From positions 28,748 to 92,747 of the forward strand of contig CAVYRJ010000005.1 of NCBI GenBank assembly GCA_963770935.1: a stretch of DNA of 64,000 nucleotides, given 5' to 3'. The translations under genes were made by a program, and so were the position numbers. Origin of the DNA: Candidatus Bathyarchaeota archaeon (GTDB taxonomy: Archaea > Thermoproteota > Bathyarchaeia > Bathyarchaeales > Bathycorpusculaceae). The notes beneath the pieces are model-generated. The model did not search any database and was not told where the DNA came from. It saw only the letters and a program-made list of their open reading frames with translations. Of the stretch, positions 50,506-61,824 are shown in pieces; position 1 is the stretch's first letter; each line of letters starts with the position of its first letter.

Positions 50506-52449
50506 GTGCAATTTGAACTTGTCGCACCATTCAAAATGTCTCCTGGACAGGAAACTGCAGTTGAGCAGTTAGTGAAAAACTTATCTACAAAATCCAAACA
50601 AACCCTCCTCGGCATCACTGGCAGCGGCAAAACCTTTGTCATGGCAAACCTCATCAACAAACTCCAAAAATCCACACTGATTCTAGCACATAACAAAACC
50701 TTAGCTGCACAACTCTACGCCGAGTTAAAAGAGCTCTTTCCAAATAACCGTGTTGAATACTTCATCAGCTTCTACGATTTCTACCAGCCAGAATCGTATT
50801 TGCCAGCCCAAGATATGTACATCGAAAAAGACTCAGACGTAAACGAGCAAATAGAAAAGATGCGTATGCACGCTGTCTCGAGCATCGTTAGCCGAAATGA
50901 TACCATAATCGTCGCCAGTATAAGCTGCATATACAGCTTAGGGAACCCAGATGACTTCCGAACAATGGCGGCGGAGCTGGAAGTGGGCAAGCAAATGTCA
51001 CGTACCCAACTCATCCATGATTTAGTGGATATGCAGTACGAGCGCAATGACATGGTACTTGAGCCTGGAAGGTTCCGAGTGCGAGGCGAAACCGTTGACG
51101 TGGTGCCGTCCTATGAGAACGACATCTTACGCGTCGAACTCGAAGGCAACACGATTAAGAAAATTAAGGAAGTTAACTCATTAAACGGCGACGTAAAGGT
51201 GTCAGTTGACAAATTGACGCTTTATCCTGCACGCCAATATGTCGTGCCTGAAGAAAAGCATGCTCTCGCCCTTGAGCATATTAAGCAGGAGCTGGAGCAG
51301 CGGTTGCTTGAGCTTCCGCCGCTTGAAGCACATAGACTTAAACAACGTACAAACTACGACTTGGAAATGATAAAAGAACTCGGTTACTGCGGCGGCATGG
51401 AAAACTACAGTCGGCATTTCGATGGACGCAAACCCGGGGTGCCACCCTTCACATTGATAGATTACTTCCCCAAAGACTACCTGCTTATCATCGACGAGAG
51501 CCACCAAACTATCCCACAAGCCCGTGCAATGTACAACGGGGACTACTCGCGCAAGAAAAACCTCGTAGACTTCGGTTTTAGACTCCCAAGCGCGCTGGAT
51601 AACCGACCGTTAAAGTTTGAAGAGTTTGAAAAGAAAATGGGTAATGTTCTTTTCGTTTCGGCAACCCCTGCAGAATACGAATTGGAAAAGAGTGGTCCAC
51701 CTGTTGAATTAATCACTCGTCCTACTGGGCTCTTGGATCCAGAAGTCGAAATTCGTCCTATTGAGGGTCAGATGCAGCATCTAATGGCTGAAGCTAAAAA
51801 AACCATTAACAGGGGCGACCGTATCCTTATCACTACCCTGACAAAACGAATGGCGGAGGACCTTGCAGATTACCTTGCAAAGGAAGGCTTCCGGGTTAGG
51901 TACATGCATTCAGACATCCAAAGTCTAGACCGAATCGAACTTGTGAGGCAATTGCGAGTCGGCGAATTTGATATTCTTGTTGGAATTAACTTGCTACGTG
52001 AAGGTTTAGACATCCCTGAAGTCTCAACTATTTTCATTTTGGATGCTGACAAAGAAGGATTCCTGCGTGACGAACGTAGTCTAATCCAAACAATTGGTCG
52101 AGCCTCAAGAAACGTCAACGGAAAAGTCTTCCTCTACGCTGATGTGCTAACGCAGTCAATTAAGCGTGCTATAGAAATCACCTATTACAGGCGTAGCTTC
52201 CAGAAACGCTACAACCAACAGCATGGTATTACTCCAACAACCATAATCAAGGGTATCTCAAAGAAAGAAGGAGTAATCAAAGGCACCAAGCACCTGCCAA
52301 AATCCGACATAAGACGCCAGATTATCGAGTTGGATGCGCAGATGCGGGAGTCAGCGGAGAAGTTGGACTTTGAACGCGCCATAGAGTTGCGGGATGCAAT
52401 TGCGGAACTCAATAAAGCGCTAGCTCGGAAGCTCGAAAATGAAGCGTAG
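50506..52449 (+). CDS. uvrB: Excinuclease ABC subunit B
   Basis: LLGITGSGKT, HNKTLAAQL, YQPESY, DESH, VSATP, GINLLREGLD, IQTIGRA. Confidence 0.97.
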   Translation: MQFELVAPFKMSPGQETAVEQLVKNLSTKSKQTLLGITGSGKTFVMANLINKLQKSTLILAHNKTLAAQLYAELKELFPNNRVEYFISFYDFYQPESYLPAQDMYIEKDSDVNEQIEKMRMHAVSSIVSRNDTIIVASISCIYSLGNPDDFRTMAAELEVGKQMSRTQLIHDLVDMQYERNDMVLEPGRFRVRGETVDVVPSYENDILRVELEGNTIKKIKEVNSLNGDVKVSVDKLTLYPARQYVVPEEKHALALEHIKQELEQRLLELPPLEAHRLKQRTNYDLEMIKELGYCGGMENYSRHFDGRKPGVPPFTLIDYFPKDYLLIIDESHQTIPQARAMYNGDYSRKKNLVDFGFRLPSALDNRPLKFEEFEKKMGNVLFVSATPAEYELEKSGPPVELITRPTGLLDPEVEIRPIEGQMQHLMAEAKKTINRGDRILITTLTKRMAEDLADYLAKEGFRVRYMHSDIQSLDRIELVRQLRVGEFDILVGINLLREGLDIPEVSTIFILDADKEGFLRDERSLIQTIGRASRNVNGKVFLYADVLTQSIKRAIEITYYRRSFQKRYNQQHGITPTTIIKGISKKEGVIKGTKHLPKSDIRRQIIELDAQMRESAEKLDFERAIELRDAIAELNKALARKLENEA

Positions 52450-52548
52450 AACCCAGAAATTTAGGGGTTTGGCGCAAAAAGGTTCTAATCTATCAAGCTA
52501 AAACTGGTTAGAGTCTCAGAAGCGGAGAAGGAAACAGGGTTTAGAGTA

Positions 52549-55444
52549 ATGCGTGACAACATTTCGATTAAAGGTGCACGGGAGCACAACCTAAAAAACA
52601 TTGATTTAGAGTTGCCCAGAAACAAGTTGATAGTTATAACAGGGCTTTCTGGGTCAGGAAAATCCACCTTGGCGTTCGACACCATCTACGCGGAGGGACA
52701 GCGAAGATACGTAGAGAGTTTATCGGCTTATGCTCGTCAGTTCCTCGGTTTAATGGATAAACCCGATGTGGATTCAATTGAAGGCTTATCTCCGGCAATA
52801 TCTATCGAGCAGAAAAGCACAAGCAAAAACCCCCGCTCAACCGTTGGCACAGTCACTGAAATCTACGATTACCTTAGGCTGCTCTTCGCAAGAATCGGCG
52901 TCCATCACTGCCCTAAATGCGGCAGCAGCATTCATCCTCAGAGCGCTGAAAACATAACCAGCCTCATAATGGTTGATAAAGGCAAAACCCTAACGTTTCT
53001 AGCCCCAATCATCCGAGGCATGAAAGGCACTCATGAACAGAGTATTTGATGATCTCAAAAAAGAAGGCTACACTAAGATTCGGGTAGATCAGAAAATCTA
53101 CGAATCCGATCACATCAAAGAAGAAGTAAAGCTTGTTCGCTACGAGAAACACTGGATAGAAGCTGTAATAGACACAGCCACCGTTTCCGATGAAGAGCGT
53201 TCCCGCGTGGCTGAAGCCGTCGAAGGGGCGCTCGAAACAGGTAAAGGCACCATGATCGTAATTGATGCAGCAAATCAGGATGCTGGCAAGAAAAAAGAGC
53301 TGGAACGTTTCGAAGGTGAAACTATGTACAGCACCTTTGGAGCTTGCCCAAACCACCCTGAAATCGTGTTTGAAAGCCTTGAGCCGCGAATGTTTAGCTT
53401 TAATTCGCCCTTTGGCGCGTGTCCAACATGCCATGGACTGGGCGAAATCACTGAAGTAACAGCGGACAAAGTGATTCCGGATAAAAATCTCACAATCATG
53501 GATGGTGCATTGGCGGTTTACAAGGGTACAATGGAACTTAGTTGGCGGGCACAGCAGATTGCGACTGTGGGCAGAAAGTATGGATTCGATGTTTTTACTC
53601 CAATTAAGAATTTTACGGAACAGCAACTTCAAGTGCTCCTGTACGGCGACAAGGAACCAATCAACGGCAACTGGTCAAACGGCGCTAGTATGTGGATGCG
53701 GGACGGCTGGGAAGGAATAATCCCGCAGACAATGCGGCTTTACCGTCAAACAGAAAGCGATTGGCGAAAAGAAGACATTGAAAAATACATGACTTCCAGA
53801 CCATGCGGCACATGCAAGGGCAAAAAACTTCAACCGGTGGTGCTTGCCGTGCAAATCTTAGATAGGAGCATTATTGATGTGACTGATCTTTCGATAGAAG
53901 AATCAGTTGACTTCTTCCATGGACTGCCACCCAAATTAAATGAAAAAGAACTCTTCATTGCTAAGCAGGTGCTAAAGGAAATCAACGAGCGGCTGGGGTT
54001 CCTTAAGAATGTTGGTTTGGGTTATCTTTCGCTGTCTCGTGCCGCCAAGACTCTTTCAGGCGGAGAAGCCCAGCGTATTCGTTTGGCTACACAGATTGGC
54101 AGCAACCTGATGGGTGTACTCTATATCCTTGATGAACCCAGCATTGGTTTGCACCAGCGAGATAATGCCAAACTCATCAGTACCCTTCAACGTCTTCGTG
54201 ACTTAGGCAACACCCTTATTGTGGTTGAACATGACGAGGAGACGATGCGGCATGCTGACTACATTGTTGATATGGGTCCTGGTGCAGGCGTCCAAGGTGG
54301 ACACATAGTCGCAGAAGGTACCCCACAAGAAATAATGGATACACCTAGAAGTCTCACAGGTAAGTATCTTTCAGGGAAACTTGTGATTGAAGTTCCCACT
54401 GAGAGGCGACAACCCGTCAGCTTTATCACAATAAGGGGTGCAAAGGAAAACAACCTTAAATGCCTCAATTTGCGGTTGCCGCTTGGTGTTTTATGTGGAG
54501 TTACGGGCGTTTCAGGTTCAGGCAAAAGTACGTTAATGAATTTGACGGTTATTCCTGCCCTGCGGAAGAGGTTCGGAGAACAAGTTGACAAAATTGGAAA
54601 ACATGAATCGCTAGATGTTCCCTTAGTAGTTCGAAACGTAATAGTTATCGATCAGGATCCAATCGGAAGAACGCCACGCAGCAACCCAGCCACATACACT
54701 AAATTGTTTGATGAAATTCGCCGAATCTTCGCTTCGACTAAAGAAGCCAAAGCACGCGGCTACAAAGAAGGCCGCTTTAGCTTCAACGTAAGAGGTGGCA
54801 GATGTGAGACCTGCCAAGGCGACGGTGTTCTGCGTATTGAAATGAACTTTCTTCCAGACGTCTACGTGCAATGCAGCGAGTGCAAAGGCAAACGCTACAA
54901 CAAAGAAACCCTTTCCGTTCTCTACAAAGGCAAAAACATTGCCGAAGTTTTGGATATGACAGTTGAAGAAGCTGCAAAATTCTTTGAGAATACTCCGCGG
55001 GTTGCACGTAAGCTAGAAACGTTGCTTGACGTTGGCTTGGGATACATTAAGCTGGGGCAAAGCTCAACCACTCTGTCAGGTGGAGAGAGCCAACGTATTA
55101 AAATCACCCGGGAGCTAAGCAAACACAAGACAGGTCATACTGTCTATATGCTTGATGAACCAACCACTGGGTTGCATTTTGATGATACCAAACGGCTCAT
55201 TAAAGTGCTCAATCGATTGGTTGATAATGGCAACACCGTTTACATCATTGAGCACAACCTAGACGTCGTAAAAAGTTGCGACTATCTAATTGATTTGGGA
55301 CCTGAAGGTGGAGCAGCAGGCGGCGAAGTGCTTGCAGAGGGAAAACCTGAAGAAGTCGCAAAAGCTAAAGGCTCTGCCACAGGCATGTTTTTGGAAAAAA
55401 TACTTAACCTTAAGCCTCAAGAAATCATTGTGGCAGTGAAATAG
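52549..55444 (+). CDS. uvrA: Excinuclease ABC subunit A (frameshift near 53039)
   Basis: [47 protein letters not shown] and zinc fingers across two ORFs. Confidence 0.96.
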
Positions 55445-55449
55445 CCTGC

Positions 55450-57072
55450 ATGATCCAAATAAATGGTCCATCAGACTTCAAAAGTTGCGATATCCCAACC
55501 AACCCGGGCGTCTACCTGTATCGAGACGAAACAGGTGAAATCCTCTATGTTGGCAAAGCAAAGAGTCTGCGACCCCGCGTTAAAAGTTACTTTTCAACTA
55601 CTGACCAACCCATTAAAACAAAGCAGTTAGTTTCTAGAATTCGCAATATTGATTGGATCGTGGTGAACAGCGAGGTTGAAGCCTTGCTTCTAGAGAACAA
55701 GCTCGTTAAGCAACACACCCCTAAGTACAACGTGAACCTCAAAGACGCTAAAACCTTCGCTTATATCTCGCTGACTAGGGAGGCTTTTCCGAGGATACTG
55801 ACTAGCCGCAAGGTTTCGCGAAAGCTCGAGTCGTTTGGACCATACACCGATGGCTTCACACGGCAGGATCTGCAGCGTTTGGTGGTGAGGGTGTTTAAAC
55901 TTCGAACCTGCAAGACCATGCCTAAAAGAGCTTGTCTAAACTACCACATTCACCTCTGCACAGCGCCTTGTATCGGCAAAGCCACAGCCGAACAATACGC
56001 TGACCAAGTGAAGCAGGCACGCAGCTTCCTAAACGGAAACTACATTCAAACCATTGAACAACTTAAAAATCAAATGCAAACTGCATCCGCTGCTCAGCAA
56101 TACGAGACTGCTCTTGAACTCCGCAACCAAATCCAATCCATAGGGCTCCTCACCGAGCATCAAATCGTTGATAACGAGCGGCGCTTTGATCAAGATGTTT
56201 TGGCGTTTAGACAAGTTGGTGAGAAGATGCTTGCTGTTCAGATGGGCGTTCGCCGAGGTGTTTTGCTTGGTAAAAAAGATTTTAGCGTTGACCTTCAACC
56301 TCAAATTGAGCAGGAGTTTTTGAAAGCTTTCTACACTACTAACCAGATTCCAAGAGAAATATTGCTCAACAAGCCCTGTTGGCAGGACGCTGAAGAGAAA
56401 AAGGCATTAGAGGAATTCTTAGCTGCAAAGCGGGCTGCGCCAGTTTCATTAACGATTCCGCGGCGAGCAGATAAACTTGCGCTTGTTCAGTTGGCTGAGA
56501 AAAACCTTGAATCCAGCCTAGACGTCGACTGCTCACTTGTTGACTTACAAAACAACCTTAACTTGCCTGTGCTTCCACATATAATCGAGTGCTTTGACAT
56601 CTCTAATCTGGGAACTGAACATGTGGTTTCAGGCATGGTTACTTTCAAAGAAGCCAAACCCGACAAGAAGAATTACCGCAAATTCAAAATCAAAACCTTC
56701 CTAGGGCAAGACGATTTTGCCGCTGTCAACGAGGTTGTCGCCAGACGTTACAAGCGTCAAATCGAAGAGAAAATCCAACTGCCCGACCTTGTGGTTATTG
56801 ACGGAGGACCCGGACAGGTTAGCGCGGCAAAGCGTGCTTTGCAAACGCTCGGTTTGCAGATTCCGCTTATTGGTTTAGCTAAGGAACATGAAGAAATCTA
56901 TCTGCCAGACGAATCTGCGCCAAGATACTTCGATAAGAACAGCCGAATGATGCTTCTTTTGCGGAAGATCCGCGATGCTGCACACGATTTCTCGCTGGGT
57001 TACAACCGCAAACGAAGGGAGATGAAAATCCGAGAAGAATTCAAACAAAATAAGACTAAAGAAACTGCTTAA
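55450..57072 (+). CDS. uvrC: Excinuclease ABC subunit C (short, no C-terminal HhH)
   Basis: GIY-YIG PGVY..YVGKAKSL, IECFDIS, PDLVVIDGG.GQ, IRDAAH. Confidence 0.95.
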   Translation: MIQINGPSDFKSCDIPTNPGVYLYRDETGEILYVGKAKSLRPRVKSYFSTTDQPIKTKQLVSRIRNIDWIVVNSEVEALLLENKLVKQHTPKYNVNLKDAKTFAYISLTREAFPRILTSRKVSRKLESFGPYTDGFTRQDLQRLVVRVFKLRTCKTMPKRACLNYHIHLCTAPCIGKATAEQYADQVKQARSFLNGNYIQTIEQLKNQMQTASAAQQYETALELRNQIQSIGLLTEHQIVDNERRFDQDVLAFRQVGEKMLAVQMGVRRGVLLGKKDFSVDLQPQIEQEFLKAFYTTNQIPREILLNKPCWQDAEEKKALEEFLAAKRAAPVSLTIPRRADKLALVQLAEKNLESSLDVDCSLVDLQNNLNLPVLPHIIECFDISNLGTEHVVSGMVTFKEAKPDKKNYRKFKIKTFLGQDDFAAVNEVVARRYKRQIEEKIQLPDLVVIDGGPGQVSAAKRALQTLGLQIPLIGLAKEHEEIYLPDESAPRYFDKNSRMMLLLRKIRDAAHDFSLGYNRKRREMKIREEFKQNKTKETA

Positions 57073-57475
57073 GTGTTTCTTCAAGCTTGCTGAAGTCTTT
57101 TATAATGCTGTCTGAGTGAAACACAATCCATGGGCTTAGGCATTTAATCTCCGATACTACAATCACTTTTTTACCATTACGTTTTGCGTAGAACATTTCC
57201 ATGCAGGCACCCGCGGAAAGTATTGGGAGGTAAACAACCATGATGTCGCATCGGTCAGCGTCGTCGAGATCCCGCTGGACAAAATCAAAAACCGGAACCT
57301 TGTCCCACCAGCACTCCTCAGTCCCATTGTATAGAACGCGCTCTCTTTTCCATGGGTCAATGATTTCGTAGCCTATTTTCGCGGCGATGTCAGTGATGGT
57401 TTTTCGGTAATCCTGTTGTTTTTCCATTCCAATTATGGGTCCTGAAATAAACAATTGCTTAGCCAACTTTATCAA
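57056..57475 (-). CDS. Nucleoside 2-deoxyribosyltransferase-like protein
   Basis: FISGPI, RDLDDADRCD, SAGACMEMFYA..GK.V. Confidence 0.8.
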   Translation of the reverse strand: MIKLAKQLFISGPIIGMEKQQDYRKTITDIAAKIGYEIIDPWKRERVLYNGTEECWWDKVPVFDFVQRDLDDADRCDIMVVYLPILSAGACMEMFYAKRNGKKVIVVSEIKCLSPWIVFHSDSIIKDFSKLEETLKQFL

Positions 57476-57948
57476 CTTATAATTTCAACAATTACTTCAA
57501 CTAATATTCTTTCCCAATTGAGTTAGAATGTTTTAGGTGCTTATGTGAGTTTTTTCTTTTTGATTGATTGTTGTAGTTGGTTTGTGTGCACAAGTTTTGT
57601 GGGCGGTTGTTTTTGGGTTTGTGTTTTATGTTTGAGCTGTGGTTTGGGGTTTTTTGGTTGTTGTTGACTGGAAGACATTTTTTCCGTGTTGGTTGTTGTC
57701 TGCAGAAGGTTGGAATTTTTCGCGACCTGTTTGTGTGGTCTAGAATTAGGCTGCGCCCTGGCAGGCCAACGGTATTTAAGGCGATTATGCCGGTTGCTCC
57801 CTAACCAAAAATTGTAAAAAGCACCCAAGACCACTGTTAAAGACTTATACTTACGAATTCGTTTGCCAATCCAAGTCACATAAACCTTCAAATTACTTGG
57901 CGGGTGCAATTCTTATTAGCTGAATCTCCCTTAATGGTTACGTTGAAA

Positions 57949-58866
57949 ATGTCTAAAAATAACTTGGTGTTTGAGAAAGCACGAGACTACGATAAAGACG
58001 GGTCGATTAGGCGTGAAGCTGATAAAACACTTGCCGTGTTAAAGGATTTTAGGCAGAAATTCCCATTCGCCGAAAACCTCCGAACAATAGAATGGCTAGA
58101 TCCTGATAAACTGTTTAAATTGAACCCTGACGAAGTCGGCGAGTTCTTCAACCTTATGGAGACCATTTTCAAGTTGCTTGGTTACTCAAGTCTCAGTAGC
58201 TCGAACGTTTACCGTAACGCAAGACTGCAAATCAGCGACCTTAAAAACTTGCTCCGAATAGCTGTGGATAGTAGGAAGTCTTTGGCGCAAAAAGTGGATG
58301 CTCCTTGGCAAAAGATTGGCGGACTTGGAGAAGATAAGCAGCTTGCAAAAAAAATCATATTCTGCTTCAATTATGAGAACGGAACCGTACTGCCGATTTT
58401 TAGCAATCATCATCTTCGGTATTTCATTAACCGAATGGTTGATGCCCCCAGTGTGCAAGCAAAATATTTTTCGTTTGGACAAGAATACGAACACTACACT
58501 GCCGAATTACTGAAAGCCAAAAAAAACCTACCCCCAACCCGAAGTTGGGACGTAATGTATTTCACACGTTTCTTGTACAAAAATTATCCGCCGCCAGATA
58601 GTGAACCCGGCGCTTCAGAAAAAAGAAATGTCGGAAATGTAGTGACCGAAGAACAGTTAGACATGCAAGGTTTCATGAAGTTGCTTGGTGAATTGCAGAG
58701 GCGAGGCAAAATAAATGGCGAACAATTTAGAGAAAAACGCCAATTATGGATGCAACAGCAACCCAACGATCGAGATGTACTAATCTGGCAACTAAAGCAA
58801 CTACTAAACAAAGAAACCAACCCTAATCCACCACGAAATCAACCAGTTGAAAGACAAAAAATGTAA
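57949..58866 (+). CDS. Hypothetical protein
   Basis: About 305-aa ORF (open from 57904) with a coherent globular sequence. Confidence 0.75.
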   Translation: MSKNNLVFEKARDYDKDGSIRREADKTLAVLKDFRQKFPFAENLRTIEWLDPDKLFKLNPDEVGEFFNLMETIFKLLGYSSLSSSNVYRNARLQISDLKNLLRIAVDSRKSLAQKVDAPWQKIGGLGEDKQLAKKIIFCFNYENGTVLPIFSNHHLRYFINRMVDAPSVQAKYFSFGQEYEHYTAELLKAKKNLPPTRSWDVMYFTRFLYKNYPPPDSEPGASEKRNVGNVVTEEQLDMQGFMKLLGELQRRGKINGEQFREKRQLWMQQQPNDRDVLIWQLKQLLNKETNPNPPRNQPVERQKM

Positions 58867-59197
58867 AAAAACAAAAATTTAGGTTTTCAAAGGTCATAGT
58901 TCTGCCCAAAGTTTCTATCATCCGTTTAACCATCGGCAAACCAAAATCGTGACCCTTAAACCTAGCTGAGAACGTTGTCGTAAAAATCATGGATTGTATC
59001 TCTCTGGGCTGCCAACAACTAAAAACAAGAAATAAACGACTTCGTGTATAATGGAGACATAACCCTCAAAAACCCCAATTTTTTTAGTATTAATGACTGA
59101 GGCGGTTCAGCTTGTAATACATTTAAGCCATAGCTAAACGTAAGTCTCGCGAGATACTTGCCCAAACCTTAAAAGTTGGCTGTAGCCCTTTGTTTAG

Positions 59198-61468
59198 TTG
59201 GGAGAAGGGGTTATGCAAAGAGGGACTTCATTTAGATTGGCCTTAGCTTTGTTGCTGCTATTATCTTGCATTTTAGTTTTTAAAGTCCAAATCCCAGTTG
59301 CTAACGCAGCATTATTTAGCGATGATTTCGCCAACCTCAGCAATTGGACGGTAGTTAACGGTGCTTGGTCGGTTTCCGGGGGTGTGCTTCAAGGAGTTGC
59401 TCCTAGTGAGAATTGTATGATTTGGGCAGGTGATACTTCTTGGACCAATTACCAATTAACTGCATACGGTTCCAAGCTTAACTCTGGAAACGTCATAGGC
59501 GTTGTTGTGAGGTATACGAATCCTGACAACTTTTATTGGATGGGTTTAGGCTGTTTTGGTCACAAGTTTAGCATCTCTAAAATGGATAATGGCACGGGCA
59601 CAGAGTTAGCTTCTTCTGGACTTATCAGCGAGGTCGAAGTGGGTAAGTGGTACCTGATTTCGGCGGTCGTTGTTGACAACACATTACAGTTGTTTGTTGA
59701 TGGGGTTAAGGTTTTGGAAGTGCAAGATAATTCGCTCCCTCATGGAGCTGTAGGTTTCATTACGTATGACGGAACAATGAGAGCCAAAGAACTAGCTGTG
59801 CAAACTACCGCGTTAGACCCGGATTCGTGGCCAATGTGGCGTAACGACCCAAGTCATTCAGGATATACCACTTCAATAGGACCAATAACAAACCACACCC
59901 TTTGGACTTTTACGACTAATGCATCAATTTCGGATGCTGTGGTTGCAAACGGTATTGTGTATTTCGATGGAGGTGATGGTTATTTTTACGCTTTAAACGC
60001 TTCAACTGGAAAACAATTATGGAATAAACTTGGTTCAACAGGCACTCCTGCGGTTGCAAATGGTATAGTTTATGTAACTGGCCAATTCGATGAAAGCGGA
60101 GGTTCTGGGGGTTTATATGCTTTAAACGCATCAATGGGCGAAAAAATTTGGAATGTTACGAGTTATAATGCAATTTCTCCTGTTGGCACACCTACTGTTG
60201 TTGAAGGTAGAGTGTACGTAGGCTACGGCGTTTTTGATGCATACACTGGTAATCTTATATGGACTCCTCTTGGTCAGCTGATAACATCCAATGTCTATAT
60301 GGATGTTCAACTTCATAATCCTCCAGTCGTCAATGGCATAGTATACGGTCGAAAACAAACAGCTTCCTTTATCTATGCTTTGAATCAAACGAATGGCAAA
60401 GAGATATGGAATCAATCGACTGGAACTGGTGTGTATTCAGGCTCAGAATTTACTGTTGTCAATGATGTAGCATACTTTGGCGATGATTTTACGGGCTTAA
60501 ATGCTTTGAATGCTTCAACAGGCGAAAAAATTTGGCGTATTGCGGTGCAATATACACCATGGACTGGTCCTTATAGTTTTGTGATGTCAACACCTGCCGT
60601 TGCAAATGGCATAGCATATATCGGTGCATACGGTCAAATGCTCGCTGTGAACGCCTCAACTGGAGAAAAAATATGGAATTACACTACAGGCGTAGGTATG
60701 AGATCTTCACCTGCTATTGCAAGTGATGTTGTGTATATCGGCTCCGGTCAAAGCCACTTCCTTGATGAAGCTCGTCCCCATAATATACTTGTGGATAACA
60801 AAGTATATGCTTTCAATACTACAACTGGTAACATGATATGGAGTTATCAAACAGACGATTCAGTAGATTCGTCTCCTGCTATTGCTGGCGGCATAGTTTA
60901 TGTAAGCTCAGGCGGCAAATTGTATGCCTTCGGTCAACTTCCGACCCCGACTCCATTCCCAACACCTACACCCGCACCATCACCAACTTCCTCCCCAACA
61001 CCAACGGTTGCACCAAGTCCCTCGCCCTCTCCATCACCTACACCAACTCAAACTATGACGCCAACACCTACTCCTACACCAACTTCTATGCCTACATCAA
61101 CACCCACTCCTTCACCCACGGCAACGTCTTCACCCTCTCCGAGTTCTTCTCCAACTCCAACTGCAAGCCCCGTGCCCAATCCTTCTTTATCACCATCGCC
61201 TTCACCGTCACCCTCTCCGACAACTGCACCCACACCAACCTCCACAAGCACTGTTACAACCCCTCCTGTTACCACACCAAATCCGAGCCCCTCTGAAGCC
61301 CTTTCCCCTGCAAGTCCATCTCCAACTCTAAACCAATCTCCTTCAACCTCGCCTTCACCTCTACTACAGTCCCCGGCAACGCCTCTCTACCTTTACCCAG
61401 TGGTAGTTCTCATTATTTTGGCAATCAGCATCAGCCTTATTGTATTAATAACCAAGAAAAGAAGATGA
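59198..61468 (+). CDS. Surface protein: lectin/DUF1080-like beta-sandwich, PQQ-like propeller, Pro/Thr/Ser linker, TM anchor
   Basis: Signal (VANA), FSDDF..W..GAW, HGAVG, WPMWRNDPSHSG, repeated YALNASTG.KIW and SSPAIA, (PT/PS)n, TM plus KKRR. Confidence 0.87.
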   Translation: MGEGVMQRGTSFRLALALLLLLSCILVFKVQIPVANAALFSDDFANLSNWTVVNGAWSVSGGVLQGVAPSENCMIWAGDTSWTNYQLTAYGSKLNSGNVIGVVVRYTNPDNFYWMGLGCFGHKFSISKMDNGTGTELASSGLISEVEVGKWYLISAVVVDNTLQLFVDGVKVLEVQDNSLPHGAVGFITYDGTMRAKELAVQTTALDPDSWPMWRNDPSHSGYTTSIGPITNHTLWTFTTNASISDAVVANGIVYFDGGDGYFYALNASTGKQLWNKLGSTGTPAVANGIVYVTGQFDESGGSGGLYALNASMGEKIWNVTSYNAISPVGTPTVVEGRVYVGYGVFDAYTGNLIWTPLGQLITSNVYMDVQLHNPPVVNGIVYGRKQTASFIYALNQTNGKEIWNQSTGTGVYSGSEFTVVNDVAYFGDDFTGLNALNASTGEKIWRIAVQYTPWTGPYSFVMSTPAVANGIAYIGAYGQMLAVNASTGEKIWNYTTGVGMRSSPAIASDVVYIGSGQSHFLDEARPHNILVDNKVYAFNTTTGNMIWSYQTDDSVDSSPAIAGGIVYVSSGGKLYAFGQLPTPTPFPTPTPAPSPTSSPTPTVAPSPSPSPSPTPTQTMTPTPTPTPTSMPTSTPTPSPTATSSPSPSSSPTPTASPVPNPSLSPSPSPSPSPTTAPTPTSTSTVTTPPVTTPNPSPSEALSPASPSPTLNQSPSTSPSPLLQSPATPLYLYPVVVLIILAISISLIVLITKKRR
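60941..61380 (+). repeat. Low-complexity Pro/Thr/Ser-coding repeat linker
   Basis: PTPTPFPTPTPAPSPTSSPTP... codon repeats. Confidence 0.85.
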
Positions 61469-61575
61469 AAGTTAAAGATCAAGAGTTGCTTATTGAAATC
61501 TGGAAAAAAATTAACCGACCTGATGACCACATTTTTCTTCAAGTCAAAAAGAGCCTTTCGTTTATCAAATTATTT

Positions 61576-61824
61576 TTATTTTAGTGACCGAATCACTCGT
61601 TGGTAAATGCAAATGAAGTAGATTAGGGTAAAAGCGGTGAGAACTATTTCAACTGAGAGTATGATTGGATTTGCTTCGACTGCGTTGAAGTATCCTTGGT
61701 ATAGTATGCTTGAAAAGGTTAGAATTTGGAGGAATATTGCGCCGCCAGTGCAGCTTAAGCCTAAGCCATGGAAGATAATGCGGGTTTTTCGGCTAAAAGC
61801 TAATTCTGGCATCATAGTGTTCAT
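61576..61824 (-). CDS. Small two-TM membrane protein
   Basis: Two hydrophobic helices around GYFNAVEANP. Confidence 0.7.
   Translation of the reverse strand: MNTMMPELAFSRKTRIIFHGLGLSCTGGAIFLQILTFSSILYQGYFNAVEANPIILSVEIVLTAFTLIYFICIYQRVIRSLK

Noticed and set aside
57790-57805. SRP RNA (GGGAGCAACCG on the minus strand resembles helix 8)
   Set aside because: The surrounding sequence lacks the rest of helix 8 and the long GC-rich SRP stems.
60838-61296. Alternative-frame ORFs in the Pro/Thr linker
   Set aside because: Low-complexity artefacts of the PT/PS repeat.
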